NCBI RefSeq assembly: GCF_006345805.1
Contig: NC_043024.1
Span: 2,046,001-2,110,000, forward strand
DNA from: Octopus sinensis
Taxonomy: Eukaryota
Direction: 5' to 3'
DNA: 64,000 bases
Positions 40,491 through 53,725 of this stretch are shown in pieces. How positions within the stretch are numbered: the first letter of the stretch is position 1; every line of letters begins with the position of its first letter. The notes under the pieces are model-generated. The model saw only the letters and a list, made by a program, of their open reading frames with translations. It had not been told where the DNA came from and ran no database searches. The position numbers and the translations under genes are program-made.

Positions 40491-41509
40491 TATATATATA
40501 TATATATAGGAATAAAAATTTATATATAAAGAACGTGAAATACACGAAGGGACGAACACGGAATACAGACAAATCATTCGAAGCCTTCAATCTTCAGTCA
40601 GAAACCGAATCATCATGGCAAATTTCGGCTGATTAATTCTGATATTTGCTCCAACTCGGCCAGCCCCAAGGAAAAAACTAAGCTGTGAGCATTAGATTTC
40701 TTGGTCGGGAGAGTTCACGAAAAAAACAAAAGACGAAGATAGGTGGTGTGTAAAACAAACAGATGTATTAGTATAACGCTCAGGAAATTGAAAAAGTCTT
40801 TTACGTTTCGAGCCTACGCTCTTCTACAGATGTATATATATATATATTTACTCTTTTATTTGTTTCAGTCATTAGACTGCGGTCATACTGGGACACCGCC
40901 TTGAATTTTCAGTCGTTGTGACAAATAAAGTTTCCAGTATATTCCATTTTTCGTATCCATTGCTTCCACTATACTCAACGTGCACTGAGGAATTCCTAAC
41001 GTAGATCCAGTGACTATTATGCATTTACCGTGGATGACACCAGGTAGCCATATGCAGTGAACGTGCTTTGTCGGCCTACTATTAGGAACATACCCAACTC
41101 GCAAAGTTTAAATTTCAAATTAAAATTAAAATTTTGATTTTAACTTTAATTTTAGCTTATATATATATATTTTAAAGGAAGATACGTTTTGAGTGCAGTG
41201 TCAAGCGTATCCCATTTCTTGGCCGCTTCCGCACCGCCGTTAGATTCCAGATAAAGAGTTTTTCGTTTAATTTCTGCTTGAGTAGTCAAATTTTACCATG
41301 AATAACTAATGTATACAATTCTTGTAAAATTGTTCAAAATTTTACGGTTTCGAAATTTCGACCGGATGCGTAGCTCGTATATCAAGAACGTCATTTTGTT
41401 CGAAGTCACGTACGTCACACTTCTTGAATTCTCCACAAAAACATTCAACATACTTTTATTATTATTATTATTATTATCATTTTTATTATTATTGTTATTA
41501 TTATTATTC

Positions 41510-41558
<49 letters not shown>

Positions 41559-41593
41559 GTTATTATTATTATTATTATTATTATTATATTATT

Positions 41594-41693
41594 NNNNNNN
41601 NNNNNNNNNNNNNNNNNNNNNNNNNNNNNNNNNNNNNNNNNNNNNNNNNNNNNNNNNNNNNNNNNNNNNNNNNNNNNNNNNNNNNNNNNNNNN
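41594..41693. other. Assembly gap (exactly 100 N; true size unknown)
   Basis: N run flanked by (ATT)n on the left and a 45-bp satellite on the right. Confidence 0.99.
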
Positions 41694-44600
41694 CATCATC
41701 ACTGTCATCATTAGCATCACCACCACCTTCATCGTCATCATCATCACTGTCATCATTAGCATCACCACCACCTTCATCGTCATCATCATCATTGTCATCA
41801 TTAGCATCACCACCACCTTCATCGTCATCATCATCACTGTCATCATTAGCATCACCACCACCTTCATCGTCATCATCATCACTGTCATCATTAGCATCAC
41901 CACCACCTTCATCGTCATCATCATCACTGTCATCATTAGCATCACCACCACCTCACCGTCATCATCATCACTGTCATCATTAGCATCACCACCACCTTCA
42001 CCGTCATCATCATCACTGTCATCATTAGCATCACCACCACCTTCATCGTCATCATCATCATTGTCATCATTAGCATCACCACCACCTTCACCGTCATCAT
42101 CATCACTGTCATCATTAGCATCACCACCACCTTCATCGTCATCATCATCACTGTCATCATTAGCATCACCACCACCTTCATCGTCATCATCATCACTGTC
42201 ATCATTAGCATCACCACCACCTTCATCGTCATCATCATCAGTGTCATCATTAGCATCACCACCACCTTCATCGTCATCATCATCATGTCATCATTAGCAT
42301 CACCACCACCTTCATCGTCATCATCATCACTGTCATCATTAGCATCACCACCACCTTCATCGTCATCATCATCAGTGTCATCATTAGCATCACCACCACC
42401 TTCATCGTCATCATCATCACTGTCATCATTAGCATCACCACCACCTTCATCGTCATCATCATCATGTCATCATTAGCATCACCACCACCTTCATCGTCAT
42501 CATCATCACTGTCATCATTAGCATCACCACCACCTTCATCGTCATCATCATCACTGTCATCATTAGCATCACCACCACCTTCATCGTCATCATCATCACT
42601 GTCATCATTAGCATCACCACCACCTTCATCGTCATCATCATCACTGTCATCATTAGCATCACCACCACCTTCATCGTCATCATCATCACTGTCATCATTA
42701 GCATCACCACCACCTTCATCGTCATCATCATCACTGTCATCATTAGCATCACCACCACCTTCATCGTCATCATCATCACTGTCATCATTAGCATCACCAC
42801 CACCTTCATCGTCATCATCATCACTGTCATCATTAGCATCACCACCACCTTCATCGTCATCATCATCACTGTCATCATTAGCATCAACCACCACCTTCAT
42901 CGTCATCATCATCACTGTCATCATTAGCATCACCACCACCTTCACCGTCATCATCATCACTGTCATCATTAGCATCACCACCACCTTCATCGTCATCATC
43001 ATCATTGTCATCATTAGCATCACCACCACCTTCATCGTCATCATCATCACTGTCATCATTAGCATCACCACCACCTTCATCGTCATCATCATCACTGTCA
43101 TCATTAGCATCACCACCACCTTCATCGTCATCATCATCATTGTCATCATTAGCATCACCACCACCTTCATCGTCATCATCATCATTGTCATCATTAGCAT
43201 CACCACCACCTTCATCGTCATCATCATCACTGTCATCATTAGCATCACCACCACCTTCATCGTCATCATCATCATGTCATCATTAGCATCACCACCACCT
43301 TCATCGTCATCATCATCACTGTCATCATTAGCATCACCACCACCTTCATCGTCATCATCATCACTGTCATCATTAGCATCACCACCACCTTCATCGTCAT
43401 CATCATCACTGTCATCATTAGCATCACCACCACCTTCATCGTCATCATCATCACTGTCATCATTAGCATCACCACCACCTTCATCGTCATCATCATCACT
43501 GTCATCATTAGCATCACCACCACCTTCACCGTCATCATCATCACTGTCATCATTAGCATCACCACCACCTTCATCGTCATCATCATCATTGTCATCATTA
43601 GCATCACCACCACCTTCATCGTCATCATCATCACTGTCATCATTAGCATCACCCCCGCATCATCATCATTGTCATCATTAGCATCACCACCTTCATCGTC
43701 ATCATCATCACTGTCATCATTAGCATCACCACCACCTTCATCGTCATCATCATCATTGTCATCATTAGCATCACCACCACCTTCATCGTCATCATCATCA
43801 TTGTCATCATTAGCATCACCACCACCTTCACCGTCATCATCATCACTGTCATCATTAGCATCACCACCACCTTCATCGTCATCATCATCATTGTCATCAT
43901 TAGCATCACCACCACCTTCATCGTCATCATCATCACTGTCATCATTAGCATCACCACCACCTTCATCGTCATCATCATCACTGTCATCATTAGCATCACC
44001 ACCACCTTCATCGTCATCATCATCACTGTCATCATTAGCATCACCACCACCTTCATCGTCATCATCATCACTGTCATCATTAGCATCACCACCACCTTCA
44101 TCGTCATCATCATCACTGTCATCATTAGCATCACCACCACCTTCACCGTCATCATCATCACTGTCATCATTAGCATCACCACCACCTTCATCGTCATCAT
44201 CATCATTGTCATCATTAGCATCACCACCACCTTCATCGTCATCATCATCACTGTCATCATTAGCATCACCACCACCTTCATCGTCATCATCATCACTGTC
44301 ATCATTAGCATCACCACCACCTTCATCGTCATCATCATCATTGTCATCATTAGCATCACCACCACCTTCATCGTCATCATCATCATTGTCATCATTAGCA
44401 TCACCACCACCTTCACCGTCATCATCATCACTGTCATCATTAGCATCACCACCACCTTCATCGTCATCATCATCATTGTCATCATTAGCATCACCACCAC
44501 CTTCATCGTCATCATCATCATTGTCATCATTAGCATCACCACCACCTTCATCGTCATCATCATCATTGTCATCATTAGCATCACCACCACCTTCATCGTC

Positions 44601-47600
44601 ATCATCATCATTGTCATCATTAGCATCACCACCACCTTCATCGTCATCATCATCATTGTCATCATTAGCATCACCACCACCTTCATCGTCATCATCATCA
44701 TTGTCATCATTAGCATCACCACCACCTTCATCGTCATCATCATCACTGTCATCATTAGCATCACCACCACCTTCATCGTCATCATCATCATTGTCATCAT
44801 TAGCATCACCACCACCTTCATCGTCATCATCATCATTGTCATCATTAGCATCACCACCACCTTCACCGTCATCATCATCACTGTCATCATTAGCATCACC
44901 ACCACCTTCATCGTCATCATCATCACTGTCATCATTAGCATCACCACCACCTTCATCGTCATCATCATCATTGTCATCATTAGCATCACCACCACCTTCA
45001 TCGTCATCATCATCATTGTCATCATTAGCATCACCATCACCTTCATCGTCATCATCATCATTGTCATCATTAGCATCACCACCACCTTCATCCGTCATCA
45101 TCATCACTGTCATCATTAGCATCACCACCACCTTCATCGTCATCATCATCACTGTCATCATTAGCATCACCACCACCTTCATCGTCATCATCATCATTGT
45201 CATCATTAGCATCACCACCACCTTCATCGTCATCATCATCATTGTCATCATTAGCATCACCACCACCTTCATCGTCATCATCATCACTGTCATCATTAGC
45301 ATCACCACCACCTTCATCGTCATCATCATCATTGTCATCATTAGCATCACCACCACCTTCACCGTCATCATCATCACTGTCATCATTAGCATCACACCAC
45401 ACCTTCATCGTCATCATCATCATGTCATCATTAGCATCACCACCACCTTCATCCGTCATCATCATCACTGTCATCATTAGCATCACCACCACCTTCATCG
45501 TCATCATCATCAGTGTCATCATTAGCATCACCACCACCTTCATCCGTCATCATCATCACTGTCATCATTAGCATCACCACCACCTTCATCGTCATCATCA
45601 TCACTGTCATCATTAGCATCACCACCACCTTCATCGTCATCATCATCACTGTCATCATTAGCATCACCACACCTTCATCGTCATCATCATCAGTGTCATC
45701 ATTAGCATCACCACCACCTTCATCGTCATCATCATCACTGTCATCATTAGCATCACCACCACCTTCACCGTCATCATCATCACTGTCATCATTAGCATCA
45801 CCACCACCTTCACCGTCATCATCATCACTGTCATCATTAGCATCACCACCACCTTCATCGTCATCATCATCAGTGTCATCATTAGCATCACCACCACCTT
45901 CACCGTCATCATCATCACTGTCATCATTAGCATCACCACCACCTTCATCGTCATCATCATCATTGTCATCATTAGCATCACCACCACCTTCATCGTCATC
46001 ATCATCATTGTCATCATTAGCATCACCACCACCTTCATCGTCATCATCATCACTGTCATCATTAGCATCAACCACCTTCATCGTCATCATCATCATGTCA
46101 TCATTAGCATCACCACCACCTTCATCGTCATCATCATCACTGTCATCATTAGCATCACCACCACCTTCATCGTCATCATCATCATTGTCATCATTAGCAT
46201 CACCACCACCTTCATCGTCATCATCATCACTGTCATCATTAGCATCACCACCACCTTCATCGTCATCATCATCACTGTCATCATTAGCATCACCACCACC
46301 TTCATCGTCATCATCATCATTGTCATCATTAGCATCACCACCACCTTCATCGTCATCATCATCATTGTCATCATTAGCATCACCACCACCTTCATCGTCA
46401 TCATCATCACTGTCATCATTAGCATCACCACCACCTTCATCGTCATCATCATCATTGTCATCATTAGCATCACACCACCTTCATCGTCATCATCATCAGT
46501 GTCATCATTAGCATCACCACCACCTTCATCGTCATCATCATCAGTGTCATCATTAGCATCACCACCACCTTCATCGTCATCATCATCACTGTCATCATTA
46601 GCATCACCACCACCTTCATCGTCATCATCATCACTGTCATCATTAGCATCACCACCACCTTCATCGTCATCATCATCATTGTCATCATTAGCATCACCAC
46701 CACCTTCATCGTCATCATCATCATTGTCATCATTAGCATCACCACCACCTTCATCGTCATCATCATCATTGTCATCATTAGCATCACCACCACCTTCATC
46801 GTCATCATCATCACTGTCATCATTAGCATCACCACCACCTTCATCGTCATCATCATCATTGTCATCATTAGCATCACCACCACCTTCATCGTCATCATCA
46901 TCATTGTCATCATTAGCATCACCACCACCTTCATCGTCATCATCATCACTGTCATCATTAGCATCACCACCACCTTCATCGTCATCATCATCACTGTCAT
47001 CATTAGCATCACCACCACCTTCATCGTCATCATCATCATTGTCATCATTAGCATCACCACCACCTTCATCGTCATCATCATCATTGTCATCATTAGCATC
47101 ACCACCACCTTCACGTCATCATCATCATTGTCATCATTAGCATCACCACCACCTTCATCGTCATCATCATCAGTGTCATCATTAGCATCACCACCACCTT
47201 CATCGTCATCATCATCATTGTCATCATTAGCATCACCACACCTTCATCGTCATCATCATCATTGTCATCATTAGCATCACCACCACCTTCATCGTCATCA
47301 TCATCACTGTCATCATTAGCATCACCACCACCTTCATCGTCATCATCATCACTGTCATCATTAGCATCACCACCACTTCATCGTCATCATCATCATTGTC
47401 ATCATTAGCATCACCACCACCTTCATCGTCATCATCATCAGTGTCATCATTAGCATCACCACCACCTTCACCGTCATCATCATCATTGTCATCATTAGCA
47501 TCACCACCACCTTCATCGTCATCATCATCAGTGTCATCATTAGCATCACCACCACCTTCATCGTCATCATCATCACTGTCATCATTAGCATCACCACCCT

Positions 47601-48757
47601 TCATCGTCATCATCATCATTGTCATCATTAGCATCACCACCACCTTCATCGTCATCATCATCACTGTCATCATTAGCATCACCACCACCTTCATCGTCAT
47701 CATCATCATTGTCATCATTAGCATCACCACCACCTTCATCGTCATCATCATCACTGTCATCATTAGCATCACCACCACCTTCATCGTCATCATCATCACT
47801 GTCATCATTAGCATCACCACCACCTTCATCGTCATCATCATCATTGTCATCATTAGCATCACCACCACCTTCATCGTCATCATCATCATTGTCATCATTA
47901 GCATCACCACCACCTTCATCGTCATCATCATCATTGTCATCATTAGCATCACCATCACCTTCATCGTCATCATCATCACTGTCATCATTAGCATCACCAC
48001 CACCTTCATCGTCATCATCATCACTGTCATCATTAGCATCACCACCACCTTCATCGTCATCATCATCATTGTCATCATTAGCATCACCACCACCTTCATC
48101 GTCATCATCATCACTGTCATCATTAGCATCACCACCACCTTCATCGTCATCATCATCACTGTCATCATTAGCATCACCACCACCTTCATCGTCATCATCA
48201 TCATTGTCATCATTAGCATCACCACCCACCTTCATCGTCATCATCATCACTGTCATCATTAGCATCACCACCACCTTCATCGTCATCATCATCATTGTCA
48301 TCATTAGCATCACCACCACCTTCATCGTCATCATCATCATTGTCATCATTAGCATCACCACCACACTTCATCGTCATCATCATCATTGTCATCATTAGCA
48401 TCACCACCACCTTCATCGTCATCATCATCATTGTCATCATTAGCATCACCACCACCTTCATCGTCATCATCATCATTGTCATCATTAGCATCACCACCAC
48501 ACCTTCATCGTCATCATCATCATTGTCATCATTAGCATCACCACCACCTTCATCGTCATCATCATCACTGTCATCATTAGCATCACCACCACCTTCATCG
48601 TCATCATCATCATTGTCATCATTAGCATCACCACCACCTTCACCGTCATCATCATCACTGTCATCATTAGCATCACCACCACCTTCATCGTCATCATCAT
48701 CATTGTCATCATTAGCATCACCACCACCTTCATCGTCATCATCATCATTGTCATCAG
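41694..48757. repeat. 45-bp satellite, about 157 highly homogeneous copies (at least 7 kb; open-ended at the gap)
   Basis: Unit a(c/t/g)tgtcatcattagcatcaccaccaccttcatcgtcatcatcatc; period measured 41701 to 41746. Confidence 0.97.
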
Positions 48758-49535
48758 CCAGTACTGCGTTTCCACCTCAGATGGCAGAGTGAGGGTGTGG
48801 TATAGGAGGGGTGAACGCTACAGAGATGCATATGTCATGGATAGAGACATGTGGAGTGGCTAAAGCATCATGGTTTGGGGTACTATAGGCCTGAATCAGA
48901 GAACTGGGCCCCATGTGTTCCAAAATGTGCAGGCAGAGGGAATGGCATCACAGTGTAGCGCTATGTTGACCAGATCCTAAGACCTCACCTCATGGCCCTT
49001 CTTTGATCATCACCATAGTCACGTGTTCCAGCAGGACAATGCTCCCTCCCACATGGCCAGGGTCACCATGGACTCCCTGCATCAGCACAACATCAGAACC
49101 ATGCCATGGCCAGCTCTCAGCTTGGATTTCCCAATTGAACCCCTGTGAAACGAAATCCAGAGACGGCTGAACCAGGTGGTCCCAAGGCTGACAACTTGTG
49201 TGGAACTGGAGGCAGCTTTTCTCAGGGTGTGGGCACAGGTGCCAATGGCTTTTGTGAACCACCCCAAGCACTTTATGTACCGATGGTGTATGACCATTTT
49301 GAACACCCAGGAAGGCATACACAGTATTGATCCTGTCACACCCTACAATCTCAATGAGCTGGATCCACCCACAACCAGAACATAAGACAACAACCCATAA
49401 ACTGTGGTCAAAGAGCATCCAAGAAACTGATTTTATTAGATTTATCAAAATTTATCTCTGACATAATGAAATTAAAACATATTACACAGTCACACATGTC
49501 TTGCGTTTCTTTTGTGGTTCAAGAATTAATTTCTA
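48758..49535 (+). mobile_element. Tc1-family transposon, 3' half (inactive DDE transposase + right end)
   Basis: CVSTSDGRVRVW.RRGERY...SIMVWG...VFQQDNAPSH.ARVT...WPALS.D.PIE, with stops and frameshifts. Terminal ttgcgtttcttttgtggttca. Confidence 0.9.
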
Positions 49536-49539
49536 GCTT

Positions 49540-49945
49540 CATCATCATCATCATCGCTTAAAGTCTGCTTTCCATGCTAGCATGGGTTGGACGATTTTGA
49601 CTGAGGGCTGGCGAACCAGAAGGTTGCACAAGGCTCCAGTCTTGATCTGGCAGAGCTTCTACAGCTGGATGCCCTTCCTAACGCCAACCACTCCGAGAGT
49701 GTAGTGGGTGCTTTTTACATGCCACCTGCACAGGGGCCAGTCAGGCGGTACTGGCAACGACCTCACTTGAATCCTTTTACACATGCCACCAGCACAGGTG
49801 CCAATAAGGCAACTTTGGTAACGATCACGCTTGAATGGTGCCCTTTTACGTGCCACCAGCACAGAAGCCATTTGGCTGCTCTGGCTATGATCACACTCGG
49901 ATGGTGCTTTGGCACCCTACCAGCATGGGCAACAAGTGCCAATTC
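49540..49945 (+). mobile_element. SINE family D ((CAT)n end, modular internal repeats). Other copies at 50940-51140, 51975-52686 (-, four tandem ~159-bp units), 56540-56807
   Basis: Shared gctttccatgctagcatgggttggacg...ctggatgcccttcctaacgccaaccactc...gtgctttttacgtgccacc. Confidence 0.85.
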
Positions 49946-50525
49946 ATAATTCATAATTCTAGCTTCATAATTCTAATTCATAATTCATAATTCACAATTC
50001 ATAATTCTAGCTTCATAATTCTAATTCATAATTCATAATTCACAATTCATAATTCTAGCTTCATAATTCTAATTCATAATTCATAATTCATAATTCTAGC
50101 TTCATAATTCTAATTCTAATTCATAATTCATAATTCTAGCTTCATAATTCTAATTCTAATTCATAATTCATAATTCTAGCTTCATAATTCTAATTCTAAT
50201 TCATAATTCACAATTCATAATTCTAGCTTCATAATTCTAATTCATAATTCATAATTCACAATTCATAATTCTAGCTTCATAATTCTAATTCATAATTCAT
50301 AATTCATAATTCTAGCTTCATAATTCTAATTCTAATTCATAATTCATAATTCTAGCTTCATAATTCTAATTCTAATTCATAATTCATAATTCTAGCTTCA
50401 TAATTCTAATTCTAATTCATAATTCATAATTCTAGCTTCATAATTCTAATTCTAATTCATAATTCATAATTCTAGCTTCATAATTCTAATTCTAATTCAT
50501 AATTCATAATTCTAGCTTCATAATT
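49945..50525. repeat. 40-bp minisatellite built from AATTC(A/T)-type subunits, about 14 copies
   Basis: Period 40 (50101 to 50141); unit aattcat aattcat aattctagcttcat aattct aattct. Confidence 0.9.
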
Positions 50526-50579
50526 CACATCGATTTTTTTGTAAATTGATAAAAAAGTAATTAAACAAATATATTTTAC

Positions 50580-50692
50580 CATAATGTGGTCAGTATCCTT
50601 GGCATCGTCTTGATGGATCTTTTCTTTGAATAGAGTGATTGGATCTCTAATCAGGAATTGGGCAATATATTTCGCCATCATTTCATCAACAC
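50580..50692 (-). CDS. GCLC: GCLC-like exon 10 (VDEMMAKYIAQFLIRDPITLFKEKIHQDDAKDTDHIM), 113 nt, phase 1 to 0; last exon found
   Basis: Matches human [38 protein letters not shown]. CAG acceptor and GTAAAA donor. Confidence 0.94.
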
Positions 50693-51188
50693 CTGATTAA
50701 TTAACAAATATTTTTAATTAGTTAAATTTATGAAATGGAAACGTTTTCAAAAGGGAACTAAAATATTGTTGCCGTTGTCATTGTTATCATATTATCATCA
50801 TCATCATCATCATTATCATCATTATCATCATCATCATTATTATCATCATTATCCTCATCATCATTATCATCATCATTATCATCATCATCATTATTATCAT
50901 CGTCATCATTATCATCATCACCATCATCATCATCTTAGTCATCTTTGTTATTTTAATATCCACTTTTCCATGCTTGCACAAGTCAGACAGAATTTGTTGA
51001 GGCAGTTTTTCTACAGCCGGATGCCCTTCCTGTCACCAACCTATTCTGGTTTCCAAACAAGGTAAAATTTCCCCAAGGCCAGACATGTTTTTGCAGAACA
51101 TTGGAAATGAGCAACACTGCTTGCATAAGAGGGACAATCATTTTACAACTAATTAATTTTTATATGTTTTTAGAGAATTTCTAAATAC

Positions 51189-51327
51189 CTTCAGCCTTCA
51201 ATAATTCATACTGCTCGTGGTCGTAACTGAAATCATAGTCATTATAGAATTGGTCGCTCACAGAAAGGTAACTGCTCAATGTATCAAAACGAGATTTCTT
51301 CACCAAGATGTTGCCGTCAGTTAAAGG
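51189..51327 (-). CDS. GCLC: GCLC-like exon 9 (PLTDGNILVKKSRFDTLSSYLSVSDQFYNDYDFSYDHEQYELLKAE-G), 139 nt, phase 0 to 1
   Basis: Long pyrimidine tract + TAG acceptor and GTATTT donor. Matches human PLKNNNYRISKSRYDSIDSYL...YNDIDL. Confidence 0.94.
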
Positions 51328-53191
51328 CTAAAAGGAAAAGAAAAGATAAAATTAGACAACATTTATTCATTACATAGGCGCAGGAGTGGGTGTGTGGTAA
51401 GTAGCTTGCTTATCAACCACATGGTTCTGGGTTCAGTCCCACTGCATGGCACCTTGGGCAAGTGTCTTCTACTATAGCTTCGGGCTGACCAAAGCCTTGT
51501 GAGTGGATTTGGTAGACGGAAACTGAAAGAAGCTCGTCGTATATATGTATATATATGTATGTATGTGTGTGTGTGTTTGTGTGTCTGTGTTTGTCCCCCT
51601 AGCATTGCTTGACAACTGATGCTGGTGTGTTTATGTCCCCGTCACTTAGCGGTTCAGCAAAAGAGACCAATAGAATGAGAACTGGGCTTACAAAGAATAA
51701 GTCCCGGGGTCGAGTTGCTCGGCAGTCCAATGACTGAAACAAGTAAAAGAGTAAAAGAGTACTACAACTCATTTGATAGCAACCCATATGTGACCGCCAC
51801 TTGTAATAATTACAATTCCAGTCAAGTACCAGAGTTGGTGGAATTAATTAACTTCTTTCTTTCAAAATTGCTGATCATGCGTCAGAAAACCATTCTTACA
51901 AATAGATTCTCCAAGAGAGATGAAGGAATCGTGATTCATTATTGAATAACCAACAAACTGATTATTTCCATTGTGATCGTTACCAGCATCGCCTGACTGC
52001 CACCCACCCCCCGTGCCGGTGGCACGTAAAAAACACCCACTACACTATTGGAGTGGTTGGCGTTAGGAAGGGCATCCAGCTGTAGAAACTCTGCCAAATC
52101 AAGATTGAAGCCTGGTGCAGCCATCTGGTTCACCAGCCCTCAGTCAAATCGTCCCACCTCCCCTGGCCCCTGTGCTGGTGGCACGTAAAAAGCACCCACT
52201 ACACTCTTGGAGTGGTTGGCGTTAGGAAGGGCATCCAGCTGTAGAAACTCTGCCAAATCAAGATTGAAGCCTGGTGCAGCCATCTGGTTCACCAGCCCTC
52301 AGTCAAATCGTCCCACCTCCCCTGGCCCCTGTGCTGGTGGCACGTAAAAAGCACCCACTACACTCACGGAGTGGTCGGCATTAGGAAGGCCATCCAGCTG
52401 TAGAAACTCTGCCAAATCAAGATTAGAGTCTGGTGCAGCCATCTGGTTCACCAGCCCTCAGTCAAATCGCCCAACCTCCACAGCCTACCCTGGCCCCTGT
52501 GCTGGTGGCACGTAAAAAGCACCCACTACACTCTCAGAGTGGTTAGCGTTAGGAATGGCATCCAGCTGTAGAAACTCTGCCAGATCAGACTGGAGCCTGG
52601 TGCAGCCTCCTGGCTTCCCAGACCCCCAGTCAAACCGTCCAACCCATGCTAGCATGGAAAGTGGACGTTAAACGATGATGATGATGAATGATATTGACAG
52701 GCCATTCTGGAAAGTTCTATCTTACATCTGATAAAAGGACTCTTTCCTCAAATATAATAGAGAAACACTGAACACCCTATATAAGGGGACACAGTATCGT
52801 GTTTTTGTTTTTATTTATTGGCCTCACCATCACCTTACATACTTTACCTGACTTCACACCTGACTTACCTGACTTCACACCTGACTTACCTGACTTCACA
52901 CCTGTATTGCTTAAAGGTCTTCTTAACAATACTTATACTTTAAAATGATTTTTACTGAGAAGTCAGGAAAGAAATTGTTTGTCAGTAAATATTTTACATT
53001 TTCTTTTTATTCTTTACAGAGTGAGGTAGAGTGGTTGTATACTGTCAACTTAACGTGACAGTAGGGGATTACACCACCGCTGTTTAGCCCTAGGAAGTAT
53101 CGATGCTTCCTGATGGCTTCGACACATTTTTTCCCTGTGTCCTTATATATTTACGAAGGGGAGACAAATACCCCCAACAGCTAGGCCCGCA

Positions 53192-53238
53192 TCTAGAGAC
53201 ACGCATGTTTCAGGGTCTTTGCCCATCATCAGTCTAGA
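53192..53238 (-). ncRNA. Type I hammerhead ribozyme motif with GUC cleavage triplet, in GCLC-like intron 8, sense orientation
   Basis: Minus strand reads TCTAGA-CTGATGA-TGGGCAAAGACCCT-GAAAC-ATGCGT-GTC-TCTAGA. This gives a 6-bp stem I, an intact core, a GGG/CCC stem II with a U-U base, and a short stem III. Confidence 0.7.
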
Positions 53239-53725
53239 GTAGCAGAAGCCTGCTAGCTGAAGATATCTGTCTCGACTTCGTAAATATATATATCTAACTG
53301 GCAGTATTGCCCGGCGTTGCTCGGGTTTGTAAGGGAAATAACTATATAAGCATTTTTAGAGATGTAAAGTATAATAGCCATCTCAATATGGCTAACCCCA
53401 AAGGGGGGGGGGTGTTACTGTAGCTTTTTACGTTCTGAGATTTAATAATACATTTTTAGAGAGTTACTTCCCTTATATATGCCAAAAATGCATTAAAAAT
53501 GGAAAAAAATGATGGTAAATTTTTTTTAAATCGTAGAGTCATCGTAGACTCATCGTAGACGCACGCAAATACCCAGAAGGGCTCGATATGAATCATGACA
53601 ATAAGATACCCGGTTTTGGTTAAACTGCACCGCAAAATGTGGGAGTAGTTAGGAATCTAAATCGTAGGAGACAGACAGCACACAACCTCACTTTTATATA
53701 TAAAGATTTTCATCTTGAAACTCAC

